DNA of 64,000 nucleotides. It comes from Mesorhizobium sp. Lineage in GTDB: Bacteria > Pseudomonadota > Alphaproteobacteria > Rhizobiales > Rhizobiaceae. The notes beneath the pieces were generated by a model. The model had not been told where the DNA came from and searched no databases. It saw only the letters and a program-made list of their open reading frames with translations. Below are positions 16,700 through 25,316 of the stretch, piece after piece. The position numbers were made by a program, and so were the translations under genes. How positions within the stretch are numbered: position 1 is the stretch's first letter; the number at the start of each line of letters is the position of its first letter. The stretch is from positions 20,979 to 84,978 of the forward strand of contig JBASAA010000006.1 of assembly GCA_049650385.1 (NCBI GenBank). Reading direction: 5' to 3'.

Positions 16700-18151
16700 T
16701 CAGGCGAGGATATCCTCCTGTAGCGGAGCGAAGCGTGCCGTGCGCCGGTCGAGGGAATAGGCCGCCTCCCAGCTTCTGGCAGTCCCGACAAGCTCGCGGA
16801 CGCTTTCTATGATGCGGTCGGCCTCTTCGTCTGAAAGGAGGTAGCCGAGATTCAGGCGGACCCAACCTGGGCGCCTGTCTTCTTCGCCGTGGTCGATAAG
16901 GTCCATCACCTCCTGTGATCCTTCCTCGTCGATTTCCAGCAAGCGGTGCGCATAGGGGCCGGCGCAGGCGCATCCGCCGCGAGCCTGGATGCCGTAGACA
17001 TCGCTGAGCAGGCGCGTGAAAAGCTGATGGTGAACGGGCCCGTGGGCATCGTGCACGACGAAGGAAAAAATCGGCAAGGCCTCGGCGCGCTTTCTCTGGC
17101 CGAGCAGCCGCAGGCCCTTGACGTCCCGCCACGCGTCGAGCGCCCGCCTTCTCAGCTCGGTTTCGCGGGCAACGATGCGATTGGTTCCGATCCAGTCCTT
17201 CAGGAGGATCACCAGCGCGGCCCGGATATCGCCGATCACGTTCGGGGTTCCGGCTTCTTCCCTGGCTTCGACGCGGCTGCTGTAACGATGCTTCCACGGT
17301 GAGACGAAGGCCACCGAGCCGCCTCCGGGAGCCGTCGGCACCTGCGTGCGCACGAGGTTGTCGCGCACGACCATGATACCGGATGCGCCGGGGCCACCGG
17401 GAAATTTGTGCGAAGAGTAGACGATTGCGTCCTTGGCGCAGTCCGTGCCAGAGCACATGTCCATTTCCAGATAGGGCGCGCCGGCAGCGTAGTCCCAGAT
17501 CGCCAGCGCCTCGTAGCGCTTGAGCAGCCGCGTTACAGGATCGGGGTCCGTCACGATTCCTGTGACATTGGAGGCAGCACTGAAACTGCCGATGACAAGA
17601 TCCGCGTGCCGATTCCCGACCAACGCCGCTTCCAAGGTCGCCAGATCGGGGCCGCCCGTTTCCGCTTCCGGGATTTCACAGATCGTGGCACCGGTTTCCC
17701 GCCACGGCAGGATATTCGAATGGTGTTCGTAAGGGCCGATTATCACGACGATCCGCTCGCCGGCTGCAATCCGCTCGCTGAGGCGAAGCAGCCGGGTGAT
17801 CCGGTTTAGTCCGGCCGTGGCGCCGCCACCCGCAAAGATCACATGGCAGTCGGCGGCCGCTTTCACATGCGCCGCGATGATTGCCCGCGCCTCTTCGCGC
17901 ATCCGGGTCATCATGCGACCGCATAGCGAAGCCTCGGTGTGGCTGTTGCCATAGAAAGGCAGGACGTCGCTCGCGATAAAGCTTTCGATCTGGCTCAGTG
18001 CCCGGCCGGACGCGACATAGTCCGCGTAGAGCAGCGGCACGGTGCCGTTGCGGCCTTCCAGCAGCAAGCCGTTTCCAATTTGTCCCTCGCGCAATGTCGC
18101 AATCGGGTCGGCCTCGCCGAGCGAGGTCAGGAATTTGTCGCACAGACTCAT
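16700..18151 (-). CDS. Aminotransferase class-V fold PLP-dependent enzyme (cysteine desulfurase / C-S lyase-like)
   Basis: 483 aa with ...YADYVASGRAL...FYGNSHTE... and the PLP-Lys motif SSHKFPGGPGASG. Confidence 0.85.
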   Translation of the reverse strand: MSLCDKFLTSLGEADPIATLREGQIGNGLLLEGRNGTVPLLYADYVASGRALSQIESFIASDVLPFYGNSHTEASLCGRMMTRMREEARAIIAAHVKAAADCHVIFAGGGATAGLNRITRLLRLSERIAAGERIVVIIGPYEHHSNILPWRETGATICEIPEAETGGPDLATLEAALVGNRHADLVIGSFSAASNVTGIVTDPDPVTRLLKRYEALAIWDYAAGAPYLEMDMCSGTDCAKDAIVYSSHKFPGGPGASGIMVVRDNLVRTQVPTAPGGGSVAFVSPWKHRYSSRVEAREEAGTPNVIGDIRAALVILLKDWIGTNRIVARETELRRRALDAWRDVKGLRLLGQRKRAEALPIFSFVVHDAHGPVHHQLFTRLLSDVYGIQARGGCACAGPYAHRLLEIDEEGSQEVMDLIDHGEEDRRPGWVRLNLGYLLSDEEADRIIESVRELVGTARSWEAAYSLDRRTARFAPLQEDILA

Positions 18152-18183
18152 TTATACGGCCCAATAATTTCCTAATGGCACCT

Positions 18184-18206
18184 CTGACATGTCAGATACA
18201 TTGTAT
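18184..18206. promoter_or_regulatory. Two abutting palindromes upstream of the class-V PLP enzyme gene
   Basis: The perfect 12-bp palindrome CTGACATGTCAG (18184-18195) is followed directly by ATACA-T-TGTAT (18196-18206). The pair lies 33-55 nt upstream of the minus-strand start at 18151. Confidence 0.35.
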
Positions 18207-18380
18207 GCCACGATTCGTCCATAGGAAAATTTACCGCCTTTTGGGCGAGGCGGGTGACCCTGTCGAAACAGCGATTTTTGAAAATATATATCAATAACAG
18301 TACGTTACAAAGAAAGTCGCTCTGGCGGGGCTTAAAAATTGCGATGCACCCTTGCTTGCCAACGGCAAAACTTTGTGGTT

Positions 18381-18396
18381 ACAATAAAATGTCATG
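18381..18396. promoter_or_regulatory. AT-rich motif copy upstream of the monocupin-ABC operon
   Basis: ACAATAAAATGTCATG matches 13 of 16 positions of ATAATGAAATGTCATT at 12632-12647. It lies about 80 nt upstream of the ATG at 18473. Confidence 0.3.
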
Positions 18397-18472
18397 GGGC
18401 CTTGCCTAATACATTAACGAGCCGGCGAGCCCTCGGCCAGTCATTACCAGCATTGAGGGAGGCCTGATTATC

Positions 18473-18940
18473 ATGGGTGAGCAAGCGACTTGGGGTGAAA
18501 AACTCGACGCTGCGATTGTCGAGGCGGCGAAGGAAAACCAACGCGCGAAGAAGGTGATCCGCTCCGAGGAACTTGTCTGGGAAGAAGACAAGATGGCGCG
18601 CTCGGCGCTGCTCATCAGTGCTCATACCGGCTTCAACCTGAAATCCATCCATTCCTTCCTCGCCGAAATGCCTGCCGGCGCAAGTACGGGCAAGCATCGT
18701 CACACCAGCGAGGCCATGATGTATGCCCTGTCGGGTGAGGCCTACACGATCATCGATGGTGAACGTATCGACTGGAAGGCCGGTGATGCCATCGCGATGC
18801 CGGCGATGTGCTGGCACCAGCATTTCAATGCAAGCACGGAAAAGCCCTTCTGCTATCTCGCGGCATCCAATTATCCGATGACGGTAAATCTCGGGATCGC
18901 GCTGATCGAGACCGCAGACATTCGCTCCGATCTCAAATAG
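18473..18940 (+). CDS. Monocupin protein resembling one barrel of gentisate-1,2-dioxygenase-type cupins
   Basis: ...GASTGKHRHTSEAMMYALSGEAYTIIDGERIDWKAGDAIAMPAMCWHQHFN... fits the cupin pattern G-x5-HxH...G...GD...P...H.H.N. GGGAGG lies about 10 nt upstream of the ATG. Confidence 0.75.
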   Translation: MGEQATWGEKLDAAIVEAAKENQRAKKVIRSEELVWEEDKMARSALLISAHTGFNLKSIHSFLAEMPAGASTGKHRHTSEAMMYALSGEAYTIIDGERIDWKAGDAIAMPAMCWHQHFNASTEKPFCYLAASNYPMTVNLGIALIETADIRSDLK

Positions 18941-18956
18941 CCGGTCGAGCGACCCC

Positions 18957-20033
18957 GTGCTTGATATCAAGAACCTTCGCCTTACCTACGCAGGCGCCGA
19001 CACCCCGGCGATCGACAATCTTTCGCTTTCGGTGCCCGATGGAACCATCGTGACGCTTCTCGGCGAAAGTGGCTGCGGAAAGACGTCCACGCTCCGCTCG
19101 GTGGCGGGGCTCGAGACGCCGGATTCGGGTGAGATCGTTATCGGCGGCCAGGCCGTTTTTTCGGGCGCTGGCGCTGTGGTGCCACCCTATCGCCGGCAGA
19201 TAGGGATGGTCTTTCAGAGTTACGCGATCTGGCCGCACAAGACGGTGTTCGAGAATGTGGCCTACGGGTTGCAGTCGGCGAAGGAACCCCGCACCGTCGT
19301 CGCCGAGCGGACGACCTGGGCGCTCTCGACTGTAGGTCTGGGCGACTTTGCCCAACGCTCGGCAGCGCTTCTGTCCGGCGGGCAGCAGCAGCGCGTAGCG
19401 CTGGCCCGGGCGCTCGCCACACGTCCAAGGCTGCTTCTGCTTGACGAGCCCTTGTCCAATCTTGACGCCAAACTGCGTGAGCAGATGCGGTTCGAGCTGC
19501 GCCGCATTCTGAAAGACCTTGGGATCACCGCGATCTATGTGACGCACGATCAGGAGGATGCTTTCGTCCTTTCGGACATGACTGCTTTGATGAATCGTGG
19601 CCGGATCGAGCAACTGGGTGCGCCTAACGACATCTACCAGCGACCGGCAACCCGGTTTGTTGCCGAGTTCCTGGGTCAGTCGTGCCGGACGGAGGGCGTG
19701 GTGCGCGGTCGTGAGGGGGATCGGCAGATGGTGGACACGCCGCTTGGTTCGCTCGCCTGCCTGTCGGCCCGAACCTTCACCGCGGGTGACAAAGTGCTTG
19801 TCTACGTGCGCCCGGAAGAGCTTCAGCCCGTCGAGGAGACATCCGAGGGGCAGGCTGTCTCGCTCGAACGTGTCAGCCTGCTCGGTGGAGTTGTCGACTG
19901 GGAGGGGGTGGCAGGAGGCGTGAGGCTGCGCGGCACCGTTCCCACCGGAACCCCGATCGCCAACCATCTCGTCTCGAACCGGCCCGAGAAGCTGACGGTG
20001 TCGATCCGCAATGCGCGTTGCGTCCCGGCATGA
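18957..20033 (+). CDS. ABC transporter ATP-binding protein (PotA/FbpC/UgpC type with C-terminal TOBE-like domain)
   Basis: Walker A GESGCGKTS, signature [15 protein letters not shown] and Walker B LLLLDEP. The protein is 358 aa with a GTG start. Confidence 0.92.
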   Translation: MLDIKNLRLTYAGADTPAIDNLSLSVPDGTIVTLLGESGCGKTSTLRSVAGLETPDSGEIVIGGQAVFSGAGAVVPPYRRQIGMVFQSYAIWPHKTVFENVAYGLQSAKEPRTVVAERTTWALSTVGLGDFAQRSAALLSGGQQQRVALARALATRPRLLLLDEPLSNLDAKLREQMRFELRRILKDLGITAIYVTHDQEDAFVLSDMTALMNRGRIEQLGAPNDIYQRPATRFVAEFLGQSCRTEGVVRGREGDRQMVDTPLGSLACLSARTFTAGDKVLVYVRPEELQPVEETSEGQAVSLERVSLLGGVVDWEGVAGGVRLRGTVPTGTPIANHLVSNRPEKLTVSIRNARCVPA

Positions 20034-20158
20034 GACGGCAGGGAGAGGTCGCTCGCGTCGCAAGGAACAGCGCCAAAGGGGAAAATCACAGCGTCTGAAA
20101 ACACGGTCGAGGACCCGTTCCATACGCTGTTGCAACGACTGGAAGAGGAGGAAATGCA

Positions 20159-21238
20159 ATGGGATACGCTACCAAGACAATTTTGAAATTCGGGACCGCG
20201 CTGCTGTTCCTGCAGGCCTTTGCCGCAGGTGCAACCGCGCAGTCGGTTCAGAAAGCTCTCGATGAGCTTGCGGCCAAGCCCGCAGGAGAACGCCAGGCCT
20301 TCCTCGAGGAGAAGGCCAAGCAGGACGGAAAGATCGTCGTATACGCTGCAGACGATCCGAATGTCATGCGCGCGTGGGAGGAGGCGTTCCACACGAAGTA
20401 TCCCGAGATCAAGGTCGAGTATGTCCGAATGAGCACCAAGGACATGCTTCAGCGAGTGGAGGCGGAAACCGCGGCCGGCCGGCCGGTCGCTTCGCTGTTG
20501 GGGGGCATCACCGCGAGCGAGATCAACTATCTCATGGAGCGCGGCATGCTCGCCTCCTATCATTCGCCCGAGGCGGCGGGTTTCCCCCCAAGCTATGCCG
20601 ATCCTGACGGCAAGTGGACCGTGCACTGGCTGATGCCGGAGGTCACCGCGTTCAATACGGACACGATCTCCAAGGAAGACGTGCCGGTCGACCAGGAAAA
20701 ACTCTGGGGTTCGGATTTCAAGGCTCCGATCGGGCGGCTTCAGTCAGGCGGCCGCTGGCTTGCTGGCTATGCATCCCTCAAGGGCGAGGAAGCCGCCGCG
20801 AAACTGGCCGATGCCGTGGCGGCGAAGAAGCCGCAGCTATTTCAAAGCAATTCCGACCTGACGAACGCCCTGACTGCGGGCCAGATCGCGGTCGCCGCCG
20901 ACATGCACGCTGGCAATGTTGCCATTGCGGCCGACCGTGGGGCCCCAATTGACTACGTCTTGCCGGAGCCCTTGCCGATCCTGCCCGCCTACACGGTGTT
21001 CCTCGCGGATGCTCCCAATCCCTACGCTGCTGCGCTCAATTACGACTGGCGCCTCGCTAAGGACGGAGGTCAGTCCTTCTACAAGGAATTCCACCAGTTC
21101 GGGCCACGCGAAGACACCGAGTACGACTTTGCCGATGTCGCCACCTCCGGCCGGACCTTGGTTCCTTTGACCGACAAGGTGCTGGCGACTATCGGCCAGT
21201 ACGACACCATGTTCCGGGAAAAGGTGTTGGGCAAGTAA
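20159..21238 (+). CDS. ABC transporter periplasmic substrate-binding protein (family 1, Fe3+/thiamine/aminoethylphosphonate-like)
   Basis: Sec signal ...LLFLQAFAAGATAQS. The protein is 359 aa, GGAGGA lies 7 nt upstream, and the gene sits between the ATPase and the fused permease. Confidence 0.85.
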   Translation: MGYATKTILKFGTALLFLQAFAAGATAQSVQKALDELAAKPAGERQAFLEEKAKQDGKIVVYAADDPNVMRAWEEAFHTKYPEIKVEYVRMSTKDMLQRVEAETAAGRPVASLLGGITASEINYLMERGMLASYHSPEAAGFPPSYADPDGKWTVHWLMPEVTAFNTDTISKEDVPVDQEKLWGSDFKAPIGRLQSGGRWLAGYASLKGEEAAAKLADAVAAKKPQLFQSNSDLTNALTAGQIAVAADMHAGNVAIAADRGAPIDYVLPEPLPILPAYTVFLADAPNPYAAALNYDWRLAKDGGQSFYKEFHQFGPREDTEYDFADVATSGRTLVPLTDKVLATIGQYDTMFREKVLGK

Positions 21239-21265
21239 GCTTCCAGAAGGCCAGGGAAAATTACG

Positions 21266-22996
21266 ATGCGGACCAACGGAACATCGTCCGGAGGCGGGTT
21301 AATCGCGCGCCTTCGTAGCAAGATCCTCACCATGGAGCCTCTGCGCGATGCTCTGCTTCTTGCCAGCACCGTGCTCCTGGTGGTGCTGGTGGTGGTGCCG
21401 TTGGCCCGCCTGCTCATCAACTCGTTTGCCACTGACCGAGAGGCTGCCGGCGGCAGCCTCTCCAACTACGTCAAGGTCCTGTCGGACCCGGCAAGCTATT
21501 GGTTGCTTTGGAATTCAGTGATTTATGCGACCGCGAGTTCGATCATCGCCATAACTATCGGTGCATCGCTCGCCTATCTTTTGCAGCGCACGAACGTTCG
21601 GGGCAAGGCGTTCTTTGGTTTCCTGGCGCTTGCTCCCGCCTTCATGCCGCCCGTGCTGATCGCGATGAGTTGGGTCCTGCTGCTCGACGAACACATCGGC
21701 GTCGTCAATCGCTGGCTCGCCCCGGTCTTCGGGCCTGGATTGTTCGACATCTATTCTTTCTGGGGCATGGTCTGGGTGGGTGGTCTGCTCGACGTGCCGC
21801 TTGCCTTCCTGTGGCTTTGGCCGGCCTTTGCGGCGCTTGATCCGGCGTTGGAGGAGGCGGCTGCCATGTCGGGCGCACGGCCCGTGCGAGTCCTGGGTAC
21901 GGTGACGATGCCGCTGGTGCGGCCGGCGCTTCTGGCCGCCTTCCTGGTCAGCTTCGTGATGTCGATCGAGGATGTCACGGTCCCGATTTTGATCGGACTT
22001 CAGGCGGATGTCAGGGTCTTTGCGACAGAGATCTATCTGACGCAGACGCAAATTCCGCCGGACGGGCCGCTGGCCTCCGCGCAGTCGGTGTTGCTGCTCG
22101 TCGTGACGATCGCACTGATGTTCTGGTATCGTCATTTCAACCGCCGCGCCGAACGCTTTTCGGTGGTCCGCGGCAAGGGGTATCGGCCCGCCGGCATCGT
22201 GCTTGGGCGCTGGCGTCCGGCGGCGCATCTCTATCTGGTCCTGTTCACCGTCCTGACCGTCGGGTTACCCCTTTTCGTCCTCGTCTGGACCTCGCTCAGC
22301 CCATTTGTACAGGCCCCGAGTTTCCGCGGTTTGTCGCGACTTTCCCTGAACTGGTATGCCATCGTGCTAAACGATAGCACGGCTATCCGTGGCATTCTCA
22401 ATTCGCTGGCCGCCGGCGTGATAGCGGCCATAGTCGTCCTGGCGCTGGCGCTGGTTATCGGCTGGGCCGTGCTCCGGTCCCGCCAGCGTATATGGGCCTT
22501 GCTCGACGTCCTGTCGTTTCTGCCTCTAGCCTTGCCGGGGGTGGTAATCGGCCTTGCGCTGATCGCCATGTGGATTCCGTCGACCTTGCCTGTTTACGGT
22601 ACGCTTCTCATCATCATCATTGCCTATGTGACGAAGTTCCTGCCCTACGGCGTACGCCTGATCTACGCAGGCATGGGACAGTTGCACAAGGAACTGGAGG
22701 AAGCGGCAGCTATCAGCGGTGCCAGTTGGTTGCGCATCCTGCGCACGATCTACTTTCCGCTGTTGCTTCCCACGATGGCGGCCGGGCTGCTCTACACGGT
22801 GATGCGCGGCTTCCGCGAGCTTCCGGCCTCCCTGATCCTGCTGGCGCACGGCAACGAGACCTATTCCGTCGTTGCGTATGAATTCTGGTCGGCCGGCGAA
22901 CCGGGTAAAACCGCCGCCTATGGGGTGGTAGTGATCCTTGTGATGACGGTACTGCTGATTTCGGTTCGCCGGCTGTTCGGTCGGCTAGGAATGTAG
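21266..22996 (+). CDS. ABC transporter permease, fused two-domain (FbpB/ThiP-like)
   Basis: 576-aa polytopic protein with two internal repeats, each carrying an EAA-type loop (...LEEAAAMSGARPVRVL... and ...LEEAAAISGASWLRIL...). Confidence 0.88.
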   Translation: MRTNGTSSGGGLIARLRSKILTMEPLRDALLLASTVLLVVLVVVPLARLLINSFATDREAAGGSLSNYVKVLSDPASYWLLWNSVIYATASSIIAITIGASLAYLLQRTNVRGKAFFGFLALAPAFMPPVLIAMSWVLLLDEHIGVVNRWLAPVFGPGLFDIYSFWGMVWVGGLLDVPLAFLWLWPAFAALDPALEEAAAMSGARPVRVLGTVTMPLVRPALLAAFLVSFVMSIEDVTVPILIGLQADVRVFATEIYLTQTQIPPDGPLASAQSVLLLVVTIALMFWYRHFNRRAERFSVVRGKGYRPAGIVLGRWRPAAHLYLVLFTVLTVGLPLFVLVWTSLSPFVQAPSFRGLSRLSLNWYAIVLNDSTAIRGILNSLAAGVIAAIVVLALALVIGWAVLRSRQRIWALLDVLSFLPLALPGVVIGLALIAMWIPSTLPVYGTLLIIIIAYVTKFLPYGVRLIYAGMGQLHKELEEAAAISGASWLRILRTIYFPLLLPTMAAGLLYTVMRGFRELPASLILLAHGNETYSVVAYEFWSAGEPGKTAAYGVVVILVMTVLLISVRRLFGRLGM

Positions 22997-23160
22997 GCCG
23001 GCACCCCTTATCCGCCAGGCCGGCCGCCGGCTACTATACATTGCGCTGAGCACCACGAGGTGGTAATTAACATGTTTACTTAACATGGCTGGCATGTCGC
23101 CATCGGACCAAGATTAACGAGTTGAACAGTGTAATCTGGTCTCCGTTGTGAGGAAATAAA

Positions 23161-23913
23161 ATGGGCGATGTGAAAGCAGTTCCGGTAGAAGGTAAGCTAA
23201 GCGACCAGGCGTTCGAAATGATTAAGCGCCTGATCATTCGCTGTGACCTTCGCCCGGGCAATGAGGTGACTGAGGCGCAGCTCTCGGTTCTGACCGGGCT
23301 CGGGAAAGCACCCATCCGCGCGGCACTCGCGAGGCTTTCCCAGCGAGGGCTGGTGTTCTCGGTGCAGCGGCGTGGCTATCGGATCGCGCCGATCACCGTG
23401 CGGGACATCACCAATATCTATCAGTTGCGCCTGATCATCGAGCCGCAGATTGCGCGGCTTGCTGCTCAAAAGGTTATTCCGCCTGATGTTATCGAACGGC
23501 TGCGCGACCTGGCCGCCGCCGGCTACGAGAAAGAAGACGGGGACAGTACCTCGGATTTTCTGGACAAGAACCGGCGCTTTCACCTGAGTATCGCGCACCT
23601 CACCGGCAACGACCGCCTGATCAAGCTCATGGAACAACTCTTTGAGGAAATGGACAGGTTGTTTTACGTTGGCCTGTCCATCCGCAACCGGTCGGGTGAG
23701 ATGCGGCGCGAGCACCAGGCCCTGATCGATGCGATCATCAACGGAGACGCCGAGCGGGCAGAGAAGGTGGCTGCCGCCGAGATTACCACATCGCAGAAGA
23801 TGGTCATCGAAGCCGTTCTTCAGGAATCCGAGTTCTTCGATACAAATATTCTCGAACTGGATCGAGTTTCCCTGATCACAGCAAATTCCTATAAATCCGC
23901 CCGGCTTTCATGA
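23161..23913 (+). CDS. GntR-family transcriptional regulator (FadR/FCD C-terminal domain type)
   Basis: Winged-HTH ...VTEAQLSVLTGLGKAPIRAALARLSQRGLV... followed by an all-helical C-domain. GAGGAAA lies 5 nt upstream of the ATG. Confidence 0.88.
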   Translation: MGDVKAVPVEGKLSDQAFEMIKRLIIRCDLRPGNEVTEAQLSVLTGLGKAPIRAALARLSQRGLVFSVQRRGYRIAPITVRDITNIYQLRLIIEPQIARLAAQKVIPPDVIERLRDLAAAGYEKEDGDSTSDFLDKNRRFHLSIAHLTGNDRLIKLMEQLFEEMDRLFYVGLSIRNRSGEMRREHQALIDAIINGDAERAEKVAAAEITTSQKMVIEAVLQESEFFDTNILELDRVSLITANSYKSARLS

Positions 23914-25102
23914 CCATAAGCATTCGCGCGGGGTCCTGGAACAGCGCGATCTCCTTGAGTGGGTTCCCTTCGACGACGATCAGGTCGGCGTATTTTCCGG
24001 GTTCGACCGTCCCTGTCAGATCGGCCATCCGCATGAGTTCCGCGTTGGTGCGGGTCGCCGACAGAAGGGATTCCATCGGTGTCATGACCTCGGCTTTCAA
24101 CTCGAGCTCCATCGGTTGATACTTCACCATGGTTCCCAGGAGATCTGTGCCGGTCCCTATCTTGAGGCCGGCGCGATAGGCGATCTCAAGGCCCCGCAAC
24201 CCGGAATTACGCGCCGCTTCCACCTTCTGGAGCTGGAACGGAGGAATGTTGAACTCCTTGCCATGGCGGGAAAGCGCTTCATACACCGCCAGCGTCGGCA
24301 CTAGCCACGCATCGGCGTCACGCACGGCAATGGCCGCCTCCTCGGTGATCAGGTTTCCGTGCTCGATCGAGCGCACGCCCGCGCGGGCGGCATTCATCAC
24401 TGCGGCGCCCGAATAGGCATGCGCCATGACATACCGGTTGGCAGCGGTCGCTTCCTCCACGGCGACCCGGATTTCCTCGAGCGTGAACTGGGCGACATCC
24501 AGTTCGTCGCCCGGCGACATCGCTCCGCCGGAACACATCAGCTTGATCTGGTCGGCGTGTCGACGCAGGTTCTCGCGCACGGCCTTGCGCATCTCGTGGG
24601 GACCATCCGCGACGGCCCCGACCAGCCCCACATCCGTTGCGGCCACACAGGTGCACAACTCCGCCGGCCGGCGTTTGTCGCCATGCCCGCCGGTCTGGTA
24701 GAGGTGATTTCCGCTTACCTTCATCCGCGGGCCTTTGATGTGGCCGTCTTCGACCGCCTGGCGGAATCCGAAATCGGCGCCGCCCGCGTCGCGCACCGTG
24801 GTGAAGCCCATCTGCAGCATCTGCTCCAGCTTCAGCATCGCCTGCACCGCGATGTAGCTGGGCGGAAGATTACGGTGCTGTTCCGCCGGGTTGGCCTGAA
24901 CCGCGCAGGCATGGACATGCGCGTCGATGAGCCCCGGCATGAGCGTCTTTCCGCCCAGGTCGATCACGTCTCCCGACCCAGCGGCGGAGGTATCGAGAAC
25001 GTCGCGAATCCTGCCGTTTTCGATGACGATCGAAGCTCCCTGCTTGGGCTCCGCGCCGGTGCAATCGATCAGGAAGGCATTGGCCAAAGTGACAACCGAC
25101 AT
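23876..25102 (-). CDS. Amidohydrolase-family metal-dependent hydrolase (imidazolonepropionase-related group)
   Basis: ...GKTLMPGLIDAHVHA..., ...VMAHAYS..., ...SIEHG... and ...GTGTDL... are amidohydrolase metal ligands. The start is at MSVVTL (25102). The 3' end overlaps the GntR gene by 38 nt, convergently. Confidence 0.85.
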   Translation of the reverse strand: MSVVTLANAFLIDCTGAEPKQGASIVIENGRIRDVLDTSAAGSGDVIDLGGKTLMPGLIDAHVHACAVQANPAEQHRNLPPSYIAVQAMLKLEQMLQMGFTTVRDAGGADFGFRQAVEDGHIKGPRMKVSGNHLYQTGGHGDKRRPAELCTCVAATDVGLVGAVADGPHEMRKAVRENLRRHADQIKLMCSGGAMSPGDELDVAQFTLEEIRVAVEEATAANRYVMAHAYSGAAVMNAARAGVRSIEHGNLITEEAAIAVRDADAWLVPTLAVYEALSRHGKEFNIPPFQLQKVEAARNSGLRGLEIAYRAGLKIGTGTDLLGTMVKYQPMELELKAEVMTPMESLLSATRTNAELMRMADLTGTVEPGKYADLIVVEGNPLKEIALFQDPARMLMVMKAGRIYRNLL

Positions 25103-25254
25103 CGAAATTCCTCCTGATTCTTCCACCCGACGAACTTCCGTCGATCCGAGGTGCGTCCCTCAGCGCCTATGGCGCAAGGCCGGCCGACTATAGGGGGTTG
25201 AAAGGACCTCGTCCGCTTTCGTAGTGGGAAAATTTAACATTTTACGATCGTGAG

Positions 25255-25271
25255 ATTGACATTTTCATTAT
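25255..25271. promoter_or_regulatory. AT-rich motif copy in the amidohydrolase / VOC divergent region
   Basis: The reverse complement reads ATAATGAAAATGTCAAT. Compared with 12632-12647 it has one extra A and one mismatch. A related TTAACATTTT sits 23 nt upstream (25234-25243) of the TTGACATTTT at 25256-25265. Confidence 0.3.
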
Positions 25272-25316
25272 GGAAGGGAGACTCATGCTGTCAAGTAAAA
25301 AAGGGACAAGCTCCAA

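Noticed and set aside
15960-17456. 498-aa minus-strand ORF
   Set aside because: Only the last 206 codons (from MIIYGV at 16580, with an SD) are GST-like. The upstream part is an Arg/Pro-rich frame overlapping the real class-V PLP gene in another frame.
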